Shown here: piece after piece, positions 54,215-63,185 of the stretch
Position numbering within the stretch: position 1 is the first letter of the stretch
How the letters are laid out: each line of letters starts with the position of its first letter
IMG/VR virus record: IMGVR_UViG_3300023435_000009
Reading direction: 5' to 3' (one strand)
From: a virus
Taxonomy: Duplodnaviria > Caudoviricetes
DNA length: 64,000 nucleotides
The notes under the pieces: model-generated
Database searches by the model: none
The model's input: only the letters and a program-made list of their open reading frames with translations
What the model was told of the DNA's origin: nothing
Position numbers and translations under genes: made by a program

Positions 54215-55791
54215 TGGCGTTCTTTCGTTACGCCAATGCCAAGGTCGTTCACCCACAGGTCTCCAAGACCCAGTGGATGAATGTCCGCACGGCTGCGAAG
54301 AAGGTAGCCACCGAGGACGGTGAGATCGCCCCTAGTCTGATTCAGCGGGCGTCCGAGTTCCTGGGTGCGGAGTTCAGCCCTAAGCGGTACCTCCTAACCC
54401 ACGCCACGATCATTGCCTCCGTGGATGTGTCCTCCCCTCCGGGTGTGAAGACAGGGTCCATCATGGAGGACGGTTTCCGGGTGATGCGGAAGTACTCGGA
54501 TTTCCGGGTCACAACCGAGACCGATAAGTACATAAACAACAATTTTGACGCCTGGTCCCGTGGTGTGTTGCTCAAGGCATTCCAGACCTTCATTGGGGGC
54601 CATAATTTCTTGGAGCACGTTCAGATCGAGGACTTATCGAAAGGTCGCATTATTGATGCGGTTGCTCGGGATGTTGGCGACTCGATCTATGTGGACATTC
54701 TGATCGCTACAGACCGGAGGCATAAGGATCTCGTCAAGGCCATCGAGAGTGGCAAGATGGGAACCTTGTCCATGGGCTGTACAGTCGATTTTACGATATG
54801 TACGAAATGTGGGCATGTTGCAGCCGATGAGACCGAAATGTGCCCACATGTAAAATATAAGAAGGGTAACCTCTTCTTTGATGAGCAGGGTCAGAAAAAT
54901 CGGGTAGCAGAATTGTGTGGACATGAGTCACTTGATCCCACCGGAGGGGTGACCTTCATCGAGGCTTCCTGGGTGGAGACTCCGGCTTTCACCGGGGCCG
55001 TGATGCGGAACGTGCTCGAACCCTCCGTTCAAATGTCCCAACAGATTCAGAAAGTCCTGGCATCAACCCCTCCACAGTGGTTGGAGGATGCGACGGCTAA
55101 GGCGGCATCCATGGACGGTGTCATCACCCGCAATTTCCAGAATCCCACCCGGACCCAGTTCCGTACCTCCGACTTCATAGCGGGGGATGTCTTCCTGGCT
55201 GGGTGGTTGGAAGATGATGGGGGATCTGAAGAGCCAGAGGGCGAACCTGCAGAGACGGCCCCCGAGGAAGAGCCGACAGAGACGGCTCCTGAAGAGACGA
55301 CTCCAGCAGAGACCCCCACCAGTCCGCTCAAGGACATGGAGGATGAGGTTTACAAGGACGTACTAGAGAAGCTGAAGCAGCGTCTCAAAGACGACATGCA
55401 ACAGCCTAGTACCGAGGAGCCACATACCCCCTCGGAGTCCACCAACGAGAACTTGAATCATCAAGCCGCCGTCCGAGCCTATCAGGCCGGATTGCAGGTT
55501 GTTTGTAGAACGGCTTCATCTGATGTTGCTCTGGTTGACGGCGTGGCGCAGTTCAATCAGCAACTCGGAGTCGATGTTCCTGTGTTGTTGTATCGGGTGG
55601 CACTCAAGGTGGGGGATCCCGCTGAACATGGCTCGTCCCAAGCATACCGCAAGGCATGCAGGACGGCGATGGAGCGGAAACCTACATCTAGGGAGTCTTT
55701 GGTACTTGCTCGGTTAGGACAGTTGCTCTTCAGGAGAGGGTCTCTTGAGGGCGGATACGATGGCAAACGCCACGGAGGAGATGGATCATGA
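54214..55791 (+). CDS. Prohead maturation protease (assemblin/HK97-type fold) with an acidic C-terminal extension
   Basis: NNNFDAW, NFLEH (His), TLSMGC (Ser) followed by CTKC..CPH; located before the scaffold and capsid genes. Confidence 0.7.
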   Translation: MAFFRYANAKVVHPQVSKTQWMNVRTAAKKVATEDGEIAPSLIQRASEFLGAEFSPKRYLLTHATIIASVDVSSPPGVKTGSIMEDGFRVMRKYSDFRVTTETDKYINNNFDAWSRGVLLKAFQTFIGGHNFLEHVQIEDLSKGRIIDAVARDVGDSIYVDILIATDRRHKDLVKAIESGKMGTLSMGCTVDFTICTKCGHVAADETEMCPHVKYKKGNLFFDEQGQKNRVAELCGHESLDPTGGVTFIEASWVETPAFTGAVMRNVLEPSVQMSQQIQKVLASTPPQWLEDATAKAASMDGVITRNFQNPTRTQFRTSDFIAGDVFLAGWLEDDGGSEEPEGEPAETAPEEEPTETAPEETTPAETPTSPLKDMEDEVYKDVLEKLKQRLKDDMQQPSTEEPHTPSESTNENLNHQAAVRAYQAGLQVVCRTASSDVALVDGVAQFNQQLGVDVPVLLYRVALKVGDPAEHGSSQAYRKACRTAMERKPTSRESLVLARLGQLLFRRGSLEGGYDGKRHGGDGS

Positions 55792-57089
55792 AGAGAGAAC
55801 GTCTGACGAACAGGGCAGCGTCGGCTCCGCCCGCAAACCCAGGGTACGGTACGGAAGATCAGGATCACCCGGCGCACCAGGCCGATCCGGCACACGGTGA
55901 CTACGCCAAGGGCGACCCTGATGCATGGGCCGAGACCCCGAACCCCCCGCCGTATGCCGAGGGAAACCCCCCTGCGGATCCCGGCTATGACGTCGAGGAC
56001 CAGGATCACCCCGCCCACACGAAGAACCCTCGGGTTCCGAAGGAGGCACGGGGACTCCAGGCTGCCATCCTTTCGATGGCCGAGGCGAAGGCTGACAAGT
56101 GCCTCAAGGTAGCCAAGGCGATGCTTCGGGGTCGGAAGGGCATCACCGCCTCAATGGTCGAGGAGCAGGCATTCACGATGATGGACTGGTCGGATGCCCA
56201 CCTTGCTTCCACTCAGGAGCGACTCGGCGGCGGGTTCCTGGCCGAAGAGTTCGAGGACGACCTCGGTCCGGTGGACATGGACATCCTCGGGGATGACGAT
56301 CTGCCCCCCCCGGACGAGACCGAGTACCTGGAAGACGATGAGTTGGACGCCCTCCTGGCGGATGACGACGAGTTGGACGATGACATGGGCGACCCCATGG
56401 CTATGCTCACTGCCAAGGTCGAGACCCTCACCTCCGAGTTGACCGCCATGAAGGCTGCGGCCAAGAAGGGTGAGGACGACGAGGAAGTCGTAGAGGGCAA
56501 GAAGAAGGCCAAGAAGGGCGAGGACGAGGATGCCCCGGAGGAGAAGGACCCCAAGGAGGTAGATGCCAGCATGTTCGCCTCCGCCGACGAGATGGGCAAC
56601 CCCATCCAGATGACCGCTGAGGATTCGATCCTCAACGAGATCTTCGGTTCCAAGAAGTCTGAGGACGAAGACGAGGAAGCGGACGAGGACGACGATAAGG
56701 AAGCCAAGAAGAAGAAGGCCAAGAAGTCTGAGGACGAAGACGACGTCGAAGAGGACGAGGACAAGGAAGCCAAAAAGAAGAAGGCCAAGAAGTCCGAGGA
56801 CGAAGACGACGTTGAGGAGGACGTTGAAGAGGACGACGACAAGGAAGCCAAGAAGAAGAAGGCCAAGAAGTCCGAGGACGAAGACGACGTCGAGGAGGAC
56901 GTTGAAGAGGATGAGGACAAGGAAGCCAAGAAGAAGAAGGCTTCCAAGCAGCGTCCCCAGCCCCGTAAGCCCTCCAAGGGTGTCAGCCGGGTCGGTTCCG
57001 TGACCCGCACGAGCGGCGGCGAGATCAATGACCTCTCCAAGCTCTGGGAGACCTCCCCCGACGTGTCCGACGTCTTCAACGGCAAGTAG
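55788..57089 (+). CDS. Putative scaffolding protein
   Basis: Very acidic, repeated KKSEDED...KEAKKKKA blocks, duplicated PGY..EDQDHPAH; between protease and capsid genes. Confidence 0.65.
   Translation: MKRERLTNRAASAPPANPGYGTEDQDHPAHQADPAHGDYAKGDPDAWAETPNPPPYAEGNPPADPGYDVEDQDHPAHTKNPRVPKEARGLQAAILSMAEAKADKCLKVAKAMLRGRKGITASMVEEQAFTMMDWSDAHLASTQERLGGGFLAEEFEDDLGPVDMDILGDDDLPPPDETEYLEDDELDALLADDDELDDDMGDPMAMLTAKVETLTSELTAMKAAAKKGEDDEEVVEGKKKAKKGEDEDAPEEKDPKEVDASMFASADEMGNPIQMTAEDSILNEIFGSKKSEDEDEEADEDDDKEAKKKKAKKSEDEDDVEEDEDKEAKKKKAKKSEDEDDVEEDVEEDDDKEAKKKKAKKSEDEDDVEEDVEEDEDKEAKKKKASKQRPQPRKPSKGVSRVGSVTRTSGGEINDLSKLWETSPDVSDVFNGK
56652..56942 (+). repeat. Four imperfect in-frame tandem units (KKSEDED...DKEAKKKKA)
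   Basis: Repeated aagaagtc(t/c)gaggacgaagac starts; variable unit length. Confidence 0.85.
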
Positions 57090-57096
57090 CATTCAC

Positions 57097-57141
57097 AACT
57101 GCAGCCTGGTCTTAGCCATGTTTCAAGACCAGGCTGCAGTT
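57097..57141 (+). terminator. Perfect 17-bp inverted repeat after the scaffold gene (terminator or processing hairpin)
   Basis: aactgcagcctggtctt-N11-aagaccaggctgcagtt, followed by T-rich sequence. Confidence 0.6.
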
Positions 57142-57374
57142 TGGATCTGATACTCTTCGTATTTCCTTGTTTTACATCCCTTGTCTTTTCGTTTCCCCCT
57201 CTTTTGTGTGTAACAAGTAACTTTTCTGCCCGTTTGGGGCGGTAGAACCCTTATATTTGCACCATAAGCATGAAAGGGCAGAAGCCCACTGTCGGTTGTC
57301 ATAGGGGCACCCGGCGGATAGGAACTCGGCGGAGAAATCCACCGGACCTGTAAACAGAGTGCAAGGAGGGTAAA

Positions 57375-58109
57375 ATGCCACTGCACGGACAGGCCAGCGG
57401 CGGGTGGACCGAATCGTCAAGCGCACTGCGGATTTTGAATCTCGGGATTCGGAACTCCATTGGTGTGCTCGCTGACGATGCGTTCACGCAAGCCAACCCG
57501 GTTGCGGTTGCAACAGGGATCTCGACTCGTCTCGACGTCACCCAGGTGGGCGTCCTGAGCGGGTCTGTGTGTTTCGGACGCCCCGCAGCGGGCAACAACT
57601 TCGTAGGTGGTCCCGGTACCAATGCGATCCAGACCCTGATCCAGGCCAGCCCGATTCGGGCACTGACCTACAGGCCTCTCGGCGTGTTCATCAACAGCGC
57701 TTCGGGCAATGCCTACGAGAACACCCCGGCGGTGGCCTCCGGCATCGGTCCCTACGTCAGCGCTATGGGCACCTACGCCTCGGCGCTCTACGAGACCGAC
57801 GTCATCGACACGGTGGCGGATGCGGGTGGTGGTGCAGGTTCCTGGGCCATCGGTGACAACCTCGTTTACACCACGGGCAACGAGCTGATCACCTCACGGA
57901 ACGGTTTCCTGATGCCCAAGTGGCAGGCGTGTTCCGGTGGTGCAGCGCTCATGGCAGTGGCCGGACTCGACCAGCCGGAACTGGCCGCACAGTCCTTCGT
58001 AGGAATCGGCGGCGCAGCCGGTGTGCGTGGTTCCTCCACCATCATCGGTGTGGTCAAGATGGCTCCCGATGCTTTCCAGACGGAAGTCGTCTGGGACCAG
58101 CGGGTTTAA
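57375..58109 (+). CDS. Putative capsid decoration/cement protein
   Basis: G/A/V/T-rich, strong RBS aaggagg, directly upstream of the MCP. Confidence 0.55.
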   Translation: MPLHGQASGGWTESSSALRILNLGIRNSIGVLADDAFTQANPVAVATGISTRLDVTQVGVLSGSVCFGRPAAGNNFVGGPGTNAIQTLIQASPIRALTYRPLGVFINSASGNAYENTPAVASGIGPYVSAMGTYASALYETDVIDTVADAGGGAGSWAIGDNLVYTTGNELITSRNGFLMPKWQACSGGAALMAVAGLDQPELAAQSFVGIGGAAGVRGSSTIIGVVKMAPDAFQTEVVWDQRV

Positions 58110-58121
58110 GGGAGGTACATC

Positions 58122-59000
58122 ATGAGTGAGATGACCAATGCAGTGAAACAGCAGGTAATCGGTGAGTACATCAAGACCCCCGGTGGTCGTGCCAAGCTCG
58201 CCGCCTCCATGACCCAGCCCCTGCGCCTCCGCAGGGACTATGCCGCTGTCGGACGCAAGACCTTCCTGGTCGAGCAGCTTCCCGATGGCGCTCTTCCGAT
58301 TTACGATAAAGACCCCGATGTTACGGCATATGTGGTAGGTGAGGAAGGTCAGAACATCCTCGCCATCACCAAGCCTCGTCGGGTGATCTTCCCGCTGTTC
58401 GAGATCGCCTCGAACCCCGAGATCCCCTTGACCCAGATCAAGGAACGGCGCTTCGATCTGATCGAGCGTTCCCTCGACCTGGCCAAGGCTCAGATCCAGG
58501 CGGCAGAGGACGAGCGGGTCTTCGCAGTCCTCGACTCCATCGCCACGGCGGGCTTCGACTCCCTGGCTGGCCAGATCAACCCCGACATTCCGGTGGTTGC
58601 ACCCGTGTCCGGTGCGGTTCTGTCCGACGCCTTCGGGCTGATCGAGCGCCACGACCTCCGGGTCGCCCGTGTATACATGAACGCCCGTGACTACGCAGAC
58701 CTCCGCAAGTTCGGGCGGGACATCCTCGACATCGAGAGCCAGGCCACCCTGCTGAAGACCGGCCTGATGGCGACCCTTTGGGGCGCTCAGATCATCGTCA
58801 GCCGTCTGGTGCCGGTCGGCACCGTGTACGTTTGCTGCGAAGGGGAACACTTCGGGAGGATTCCGGTTCGTACGGAACTCACCGTCCTCAGCGCCGACGA
58901 CCCGAAGGCACGCACCATCGGTTTCTCGGTCTTCGAGAATTTGGGCATCGGGGCGTTCAACCCTCGTGGCCTCACCCGCCTCACTATCACCCGCGCATAG
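58122..59000 (+). CDS. Major capsid protein (HK97 fold, no delta domain)
   Basis: Highest GC3 bias in the window; PLRLRRDY..GRKTFLVEQLPDGALPIY, FEIASNPEIPL..IKERRFDLIER; follows protease and scaffold; followed by a terminator. Confidence 0.8.
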   Translation: MSEMTNAVKQQVIGEYIKTPGGRAKLAASMTQPLRLRRDYAAVGRKTFLVEQLPDGALPIYDKDPDVTAYVVGEEGQNILAITKPRRVIFPLFEIASNPEIPLTQIKERRFDLIERSLDLAKAQIQAAEDERVFAVLDSIATAGFDSLAGQINPDIPVVAPVSGAVLSDAFGLIERHDLRVARVYMNARDYADLRKFGRDILDIESQATLLKTGLMATLWGAQIIVSRLVPVGTVYVCCEGEHFGRIPVRTELTVLSADDPKARTIGFSVFENLGIGAFNPRGLTRLTITRA

Positions 59001-59009
59001 TCCCATAAT

Positions 59010-59050
59010 TTCGGGGGGTTTGGGCGATGCCTGAACCCCCCGAAGTTGTT
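59010..59050 (+). terminator. Intrinsic terminator after the MCP gene
   Basis: ttcggggggtt...aaccccccgaa hairpin followed by gttgttct. Confidence 0.65.
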
Positions 59051-59186
59051 CTCCCATCCAGATTTCCGTTGCTAAGATAGCCCCAGGACGGTGCGTTCAA
59101 TGGGATCTGCCTGTCCCTGATGCTCCTAGAAACCTGTAGAAACCCTTTTAGGTTTGTGTTACAGTGGGATCCTGATAGGGGGGTGC

Positions 59187-61721
59187 ATGAGGTGGTATGA
59201 AGCAGCCGGGTTGGGCAGGCAAGGGTTGTTTGATCTGTACCAGGAAAAAACGGACAAGGAAATAGCAGCAACGTATGGGGTTACAGATGCCTCCGTGTTG
59301 CAGGCCAGGAGGGGTTTTGGCATTCCTAGCCTGACGATGAGAGAAAGGCGGGAGCTTGTAAACCCTCCTGAGAGAAGCCTTTCCGATCTGACCCCTTCTG
59401 CCTTGGCTGATTTGTATAATCAGATGGGCGATGTGCAGATTGCTAAGATATTTGGGGTTGCCAAACCAGCCATTCAGAGACTGAGACGGAGATGGGGCAT
59501 TGCACCGTTGTCAAAGGCGGACCGCTCTGTGATACGTTCCGTTGCCTTTACAGCGGAACAAAAGGAAATTTGTATCGGGACCGTGTTGGGAGATGGGCAC
59601 ATTCTAAGCAGGGGGGTTCTTAAGGTGGCCCATTCGATTAATCAGCTCACCTATACGAGAAGGATGCACAGCCTTCTGTCCCCCCACACCCGTCCAATGT
59701 TTTACGAAGAAAAAAGGATGCGAGACAGCGGGGCTCTTACTTTCGGGTTTGGCTTCTGTACCGTACAGCATCCATGGTTAGCGCATCTGAGAGAAGTGTT
59801 TTACCCATACGGGGTGAAGGTGTTTCCTGATGATGTTCTACGGAATCTGACTGCTCGGTCTCTAGCCTACTGGTATTTCGATGACGGTCACTTGGCTGAT
59901 GGACTTCCAAGTATAGCTCTCGGGGACTTTACGACCGACGAAGCGCAGCGGATTATCGAAACTGTACGGGACAACTTCTATTTTGATGCATACCAGAGGG
60001 TTTCCTCCTCAACATGCAAGGTGTTCAGGCTTAGGGCTCGATCCGCCGACTCCTTTTACGCCTTGATTCGGGACTATGCGACTCCTGATATGTTCTACAA
60101 GTTGCCGCCTCATCATCGGCCTATTGGGGTGTCCTCTACAGCACTTATAACTCCTGTGACGGTGCCACTGAGTCCTGATCTACCTCAGAGCTTAAGAAGT
60201 CGGTCTAAGCAGTGGACATCCTTGGGCAACACAGAACGTCGTTGTTTGGTAAAGGATGTGGTTGGGTATTGGCGTGGGCAGGGGTTCCCCCATTCGGAAG
60301 CCAAGGTGGCCGAGTTGTTCACATTGTCAGGGCTGGAACAGGCTCAAGTGATTCAGGGGGGTGTTATTAAGGCCCGCCAGGTGGGACAGGCCCTTTGTCA
60401 TGCCTTTTGCCCTCACATATGGAAGGCTCGCAACTGGGACGGCACCCTGAGTCCCATGGCTATCTTCCAGGATGACCGCATGTTGGGGGAGGCGTTACGA
60501 CGAGGACTAGACGCAGATTATGTGCCAAATGGGGCACAAGTTCGGAGAGCGGTTCGTTACTACAAGAGGTCCGGGGTCTATAATTTCAGACCGTCAGCGG
60601 CTAAGGTACTGGTGGATCGTTATTGTATTCCCGGTGGTGTTGTGTGGGATCCTTGTGCTGGATACGGGGGTCGGATGCTTGGCACGGTTTTGTCGAAGCA
60701 GCGCCCACAGTATGTGGCATGTGATCCCCAACCCGAGACCTACGTGAGTCTCCTAAAATTCCAGGACTGGTTGGATGATTACGTCCCTGGGGTTACACAG
60801 AGAATTAGTCTTCACAACATTCCAGCGGAGGATTTTAACCCCCCTGACGTTGATATGGTCATGACATCTCCTCCTTACTGGAAGAAGGAGATGTACGGGG
60901 ATGGTGCAAACCTGGCAGGTAATAGATATCCCACATATGAGGCATGGCTGTCAGGGTTTTGGGTGCCTGTCCTTCAGAAAGCTGCGGATGCCCTTAAGCC
61001 GGGTGGTTGGTTGGTTCTGAACGTCGATGATTTTAAAATCGGCAGGAAGGAATACTCCTTGATTCGGGATACCCTGCGGGTTGTCGAAGGTACCGGGGTG
61101 TTTGAGAAGCCTGAGACATACATTTACGCCATGCCTATCGGGAAGGACCAAGAAAATGCTGAGAAGGTCTTTTGTTGGGTGAAAAGGGGGGTGCCAGAGG
61201 GGACGTCTACGGGCCACCAAGGTGCCGTTGTCGTTAGTGCCGAGAAATGTGTAGGCTGTGGGGGCATCTTTCCGAGTCACCTGATGGAGAAGGGGCGATG
61301 CGTCAAGTGTGTAGCAACACCCGTGAAGCGTTTGTGTAAGGGGTGTGGGAAGGAGTTTGAGCCAACTCGGGCGGACCATGAGTTCCATTCGAAGAATTGT
61401 CACGCCAGGTGGAGACGTCGGGAATACAGGAAGACGCACCCGGCAAAAAAAACACGGACGTTCGTATGTGTAGACTGTGGCAGGAAATGGCAGACGGAAC
61501 TGTTGGGGCATTTTACCCGTTGTCTGTCCTGTGCTGAGATTAAAAAGAACCATGCTCGGGACAAGCTGTGTCAGTACCATAAGTGCAGGAGGCCGTTCCA
61601 TGACAACTCCCCCAAGAATTCCATGCAGTATTGCCATCCTGAACACAGAAGACGAGAAAAGTTGTTTCGATTGGGGCAGGCACCGGAAAAATTCAGGAAG
61701 GACGATCCAGTGTTGGGCTAG
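59187..61721 (+). CDS. HTH-LAGLIDADG endonuclease / amino-DNA-methyltransferase / Zn-finger fusion
   Basis: Two HTH repeats; ICIGTVLGDG and SLAYWYFDDG; MTase VWDPCAGYGGR (60639) and TSPPYW (60864); C-terminal CxxC repeats; atypical codon usage. Confidence 0.8.
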   Translation: MRWYEAAGLGRQGLFDLYQEKTDKEIAATYGVTDASVLQARRGFGIPSLTMRERRELVNPPERSLSDLTPSALADLYNQMGDVQIAKIFGVAKPAIQRLRRRWGIAPLSKADRSVIRSVAFTAEQKEICIGTVLGDGHILSRGVLKVAHSINQLTYTRRMHSLLSPHTRPMFYEEKRMRDSGALTFGFGFCTVQHPWLAHLREVFYPYGVKVFPDDVLRNLTARSLAYWYFDDGHLADGLPSIALGDFTTDEAQRIIETVRDNFYFDAYQRVSSSTCKVFRLRARSADSFYALIRDYATPDMFYKLPPHHRPIGVSSTALITPVTVPLSPDLPQSLRSRSKQWTSLGNTERRCLVKDVVGYWRGQGFPHSEAKVAELFTLSGLEQAQVIQGGVIKARQVGQALCHAFCPHIWKARNWDGTLSPMAIFQDDRMLGEALRRGLDADYVPNGAQVRRAVRYYKRSGVYNFRPSAAKVLVDRYCIPGGVVWDPCAGYGGRMLGTVLSKQRPQYVACDPQPETYVSLLKFQDWLDDYVPGVTQRISLHNIPAEDFNPPDVDMVMTSPPYWKKEMYGDGANLAGNRYPTYEAWLSGFWVPVLQKAADALKPGGWLVLNVDDFKIGRKEYSLIRDTLRVVEGTGVFEKPETYIYAMPIGKDQENAEKVFCWVKRGVPEGTSTGHQGAVVVSAEKCVGCGGIFPSHLMEKGRCVKCVATPVKRLCKGCGKEFEPTRADHEFHSKNCHARWRRREYRKTHPAKKTRTFVCVDCGRKWQTELLGHFTRCLSCAEIKKNHARDKLCQYHKCRRPFHDNSPKNSMQYCHPEHRRREKLFRLGQAPEKFRKDDPVLG

Positions 61722-62296
61722 CCCTTCAGTTCGGGTGCATGCTTTTCCAGCCACGCTATAGCGACCAGGGCTGCAGGGCCTGGGATGCCTCCCAGCTTGA
61801 GGGTGGGGACGGACAGTTTGAGGTATTTGTAGAAGAACGTCAGGTGTGCCTCATCCAGGCCGTAGTTTCGGGCAGCATTCACGTAGCCTTCGACGGGGGG
61901 GACCTTTCCCCGGTGCCAGGTTTCCATGTTCATGCTTGTTCTGTAGGCTTCTCCTTCGTAGGTGGCCCGCCATGTCTGGTCAAGAAGGTACCGCACGGGG
62001 AAGAGTGCGTCTCGGGCTTGTACGACGTGTTCGTGTTCATGGGCACAGATGACCATCTGAGCCCATAAGCCGTGTCCAGGGGCCGCTACGCCTACCGTGA
62101 AGGGTGTGTAGATGGTTCTCCCGATGGTGGTGGTGAATTGGGTCAGGAAAGCGTCTTTGTCCAGGATGCCCATCACATCTAGGACACGCCCGATGAGTTG
62201 CATTTCTTCCGCTGACGCTTTGTTCTGAACTTCCGATCCATAGGTCTCGGTCATGTGTGTCCAGAGTGCTTTGACTTGTTCCGGTGTCGGTTTCAT
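61718..62296 (-). CDS. Zincin-like metallopeptidase
   Basis: ICAHEHEHVVQA (HExxH) with a downstream YEGEAY glutamate; overlaps the stop of the adjacent lipoprotein gene. Confidence 0.6.
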   Translation of the reverse strand: MKPTPEQVKALWTHMTETYGSEVQNKASAEEMQLIGRVLDVMGILDKDAFLTQFTTTIGRTIYTPFTVGVAAPGHGLWAQMVICAHEHEHVVQARDALFPVRYLLDQTWRATYEGEAYRTSMNMETWHRGKVPPVEGYVNAARNYGLDEAHLTFFYKYLKLSVPTLKLGGIPGPAALVAIAWLEKHAPELKG

Positions 62297-62526
62297 TCTG
62301 CATTTCCCCAGAGGCAGGAGTGCCCCTCCGTTGTTTCCGCACAATACCATCCGTCCCCTATGTTGCAGTCCATCATGATTATCCAGTGACCCTGAGGGCT
62401 GCACAGTTCTACCCTGTTGTCAGTAGAACAGCGGGAGCGGTTGGCGGGGGCACACTCCTCTCCTTCTGGTGCAAGGGGGCTGCACCCCATAAGGCACAGG
62501 AAAAATAACGTTAGTAGTTTTTTCAT
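62293..62526 (-). CDS. Small Cys-rich lipoprotein
   Basis: MKKLLTLFFLCLMG|C lipobox; six further Cys; RBS gaggagg. Confidence 0.7.
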   Translation of the reverse strand: MKKLLTLFFLCLMGCSPLAPEGEECAPANRSRCSTDNRVELCSPQGHWIIMMDCNIGDGWYCAETTEGHSCLWGNAE

Positions 62527-62666
62527 CTTGATTCCTCCTCCTTTCAGTGTACCCCGAAATCGGAGGTGGTTTCGGTAGAAGTATGATAAACGGCATCTTA
62601 GGTAGGGCCTGTTGTTTGTCCCTTTGGGCGAAGTCACAGAGGTGGCCTACATGTGGGGGATGCCTC

Positions 62667-63185
62667 GTGCCTGAGACCTTCAGAAACCGAGACTGTGTGA
62701 CGTTTAACAAGTCCGACACAGTCACGTCTGAGGTAGATGACGCTCTGGCTACTAATGGTTGGCCCGGCGGCGTGGCTGTTAACTGGGCTACTGACCCGGT
62801 AGAGCGGTTCGCTGTGACTCGGTCTGATGGAGCTGGGATGGGGTTCCTCCTCAAAGGTTCCGATGAGGTTGGGGACAGGTACACGGCGCAGACCAGGAAT
62901 CAGGTGTACTACAGGGTGGCGACCCTTTGTTTCGGTGGCTGGTTGATGATGACGACTTCCTTCGAGCGTTACACCTGGGCGTCTCGTCAAGTTGGACCCC
63001 TGGTGGAGATTCCGTATGCTGAGAGCGACCGTTTGCACTTTTCCAATAGGGGCTTGTGGACGAACGAGGATGAGTGGACTCTTTCCGGTGACCCGAGAGC
63101 ACCTAATTCACAAGTGGTGGGGACTGTGATGCAGGTGCCCACCGTAGCCAACGACCACTTCATAACCATCCAGACGTTGCTGTAA
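62667..63185 (+). CDS. Virion protein paralog family, copy 1
   Basis: MPETFRNRDCV...NGWPGG..W...GFLLKGSDE...WTNEDEWTLSGDPRAPN. Confidence 0.65.
   Translation: MPETFRNRDCVTFNKSDTVTSEVDDALATNGWPGGVAVNWATDPVERFAVTRSDGAGMGFLLKGSDEVGDRYTAQTRNQVYYRVATLCFGGWLMMTTSFERYTWASRQVGPLVEIPYAESDRLHFSNRGLWTNEDEWTLSGDPRAPNSQVVGTVMQVPTVANDHFITIQTLL

Noticed and set aside
56652-56942. CRISPR-like array (repeats, with a Cas4-like gene elsewhere in the window)
   Set aside because: The repeats are in-frame low-complexity coding units without unique spacers; no cas1/cas2 is present.
57300-57370. Known riboswitch upstream of the capsid operon
   Set aside because: A stem is present, but I could not match it to SAM, c-di-GMP, ZTP or other consensus motifs; kept only as an unexplained structured leader.
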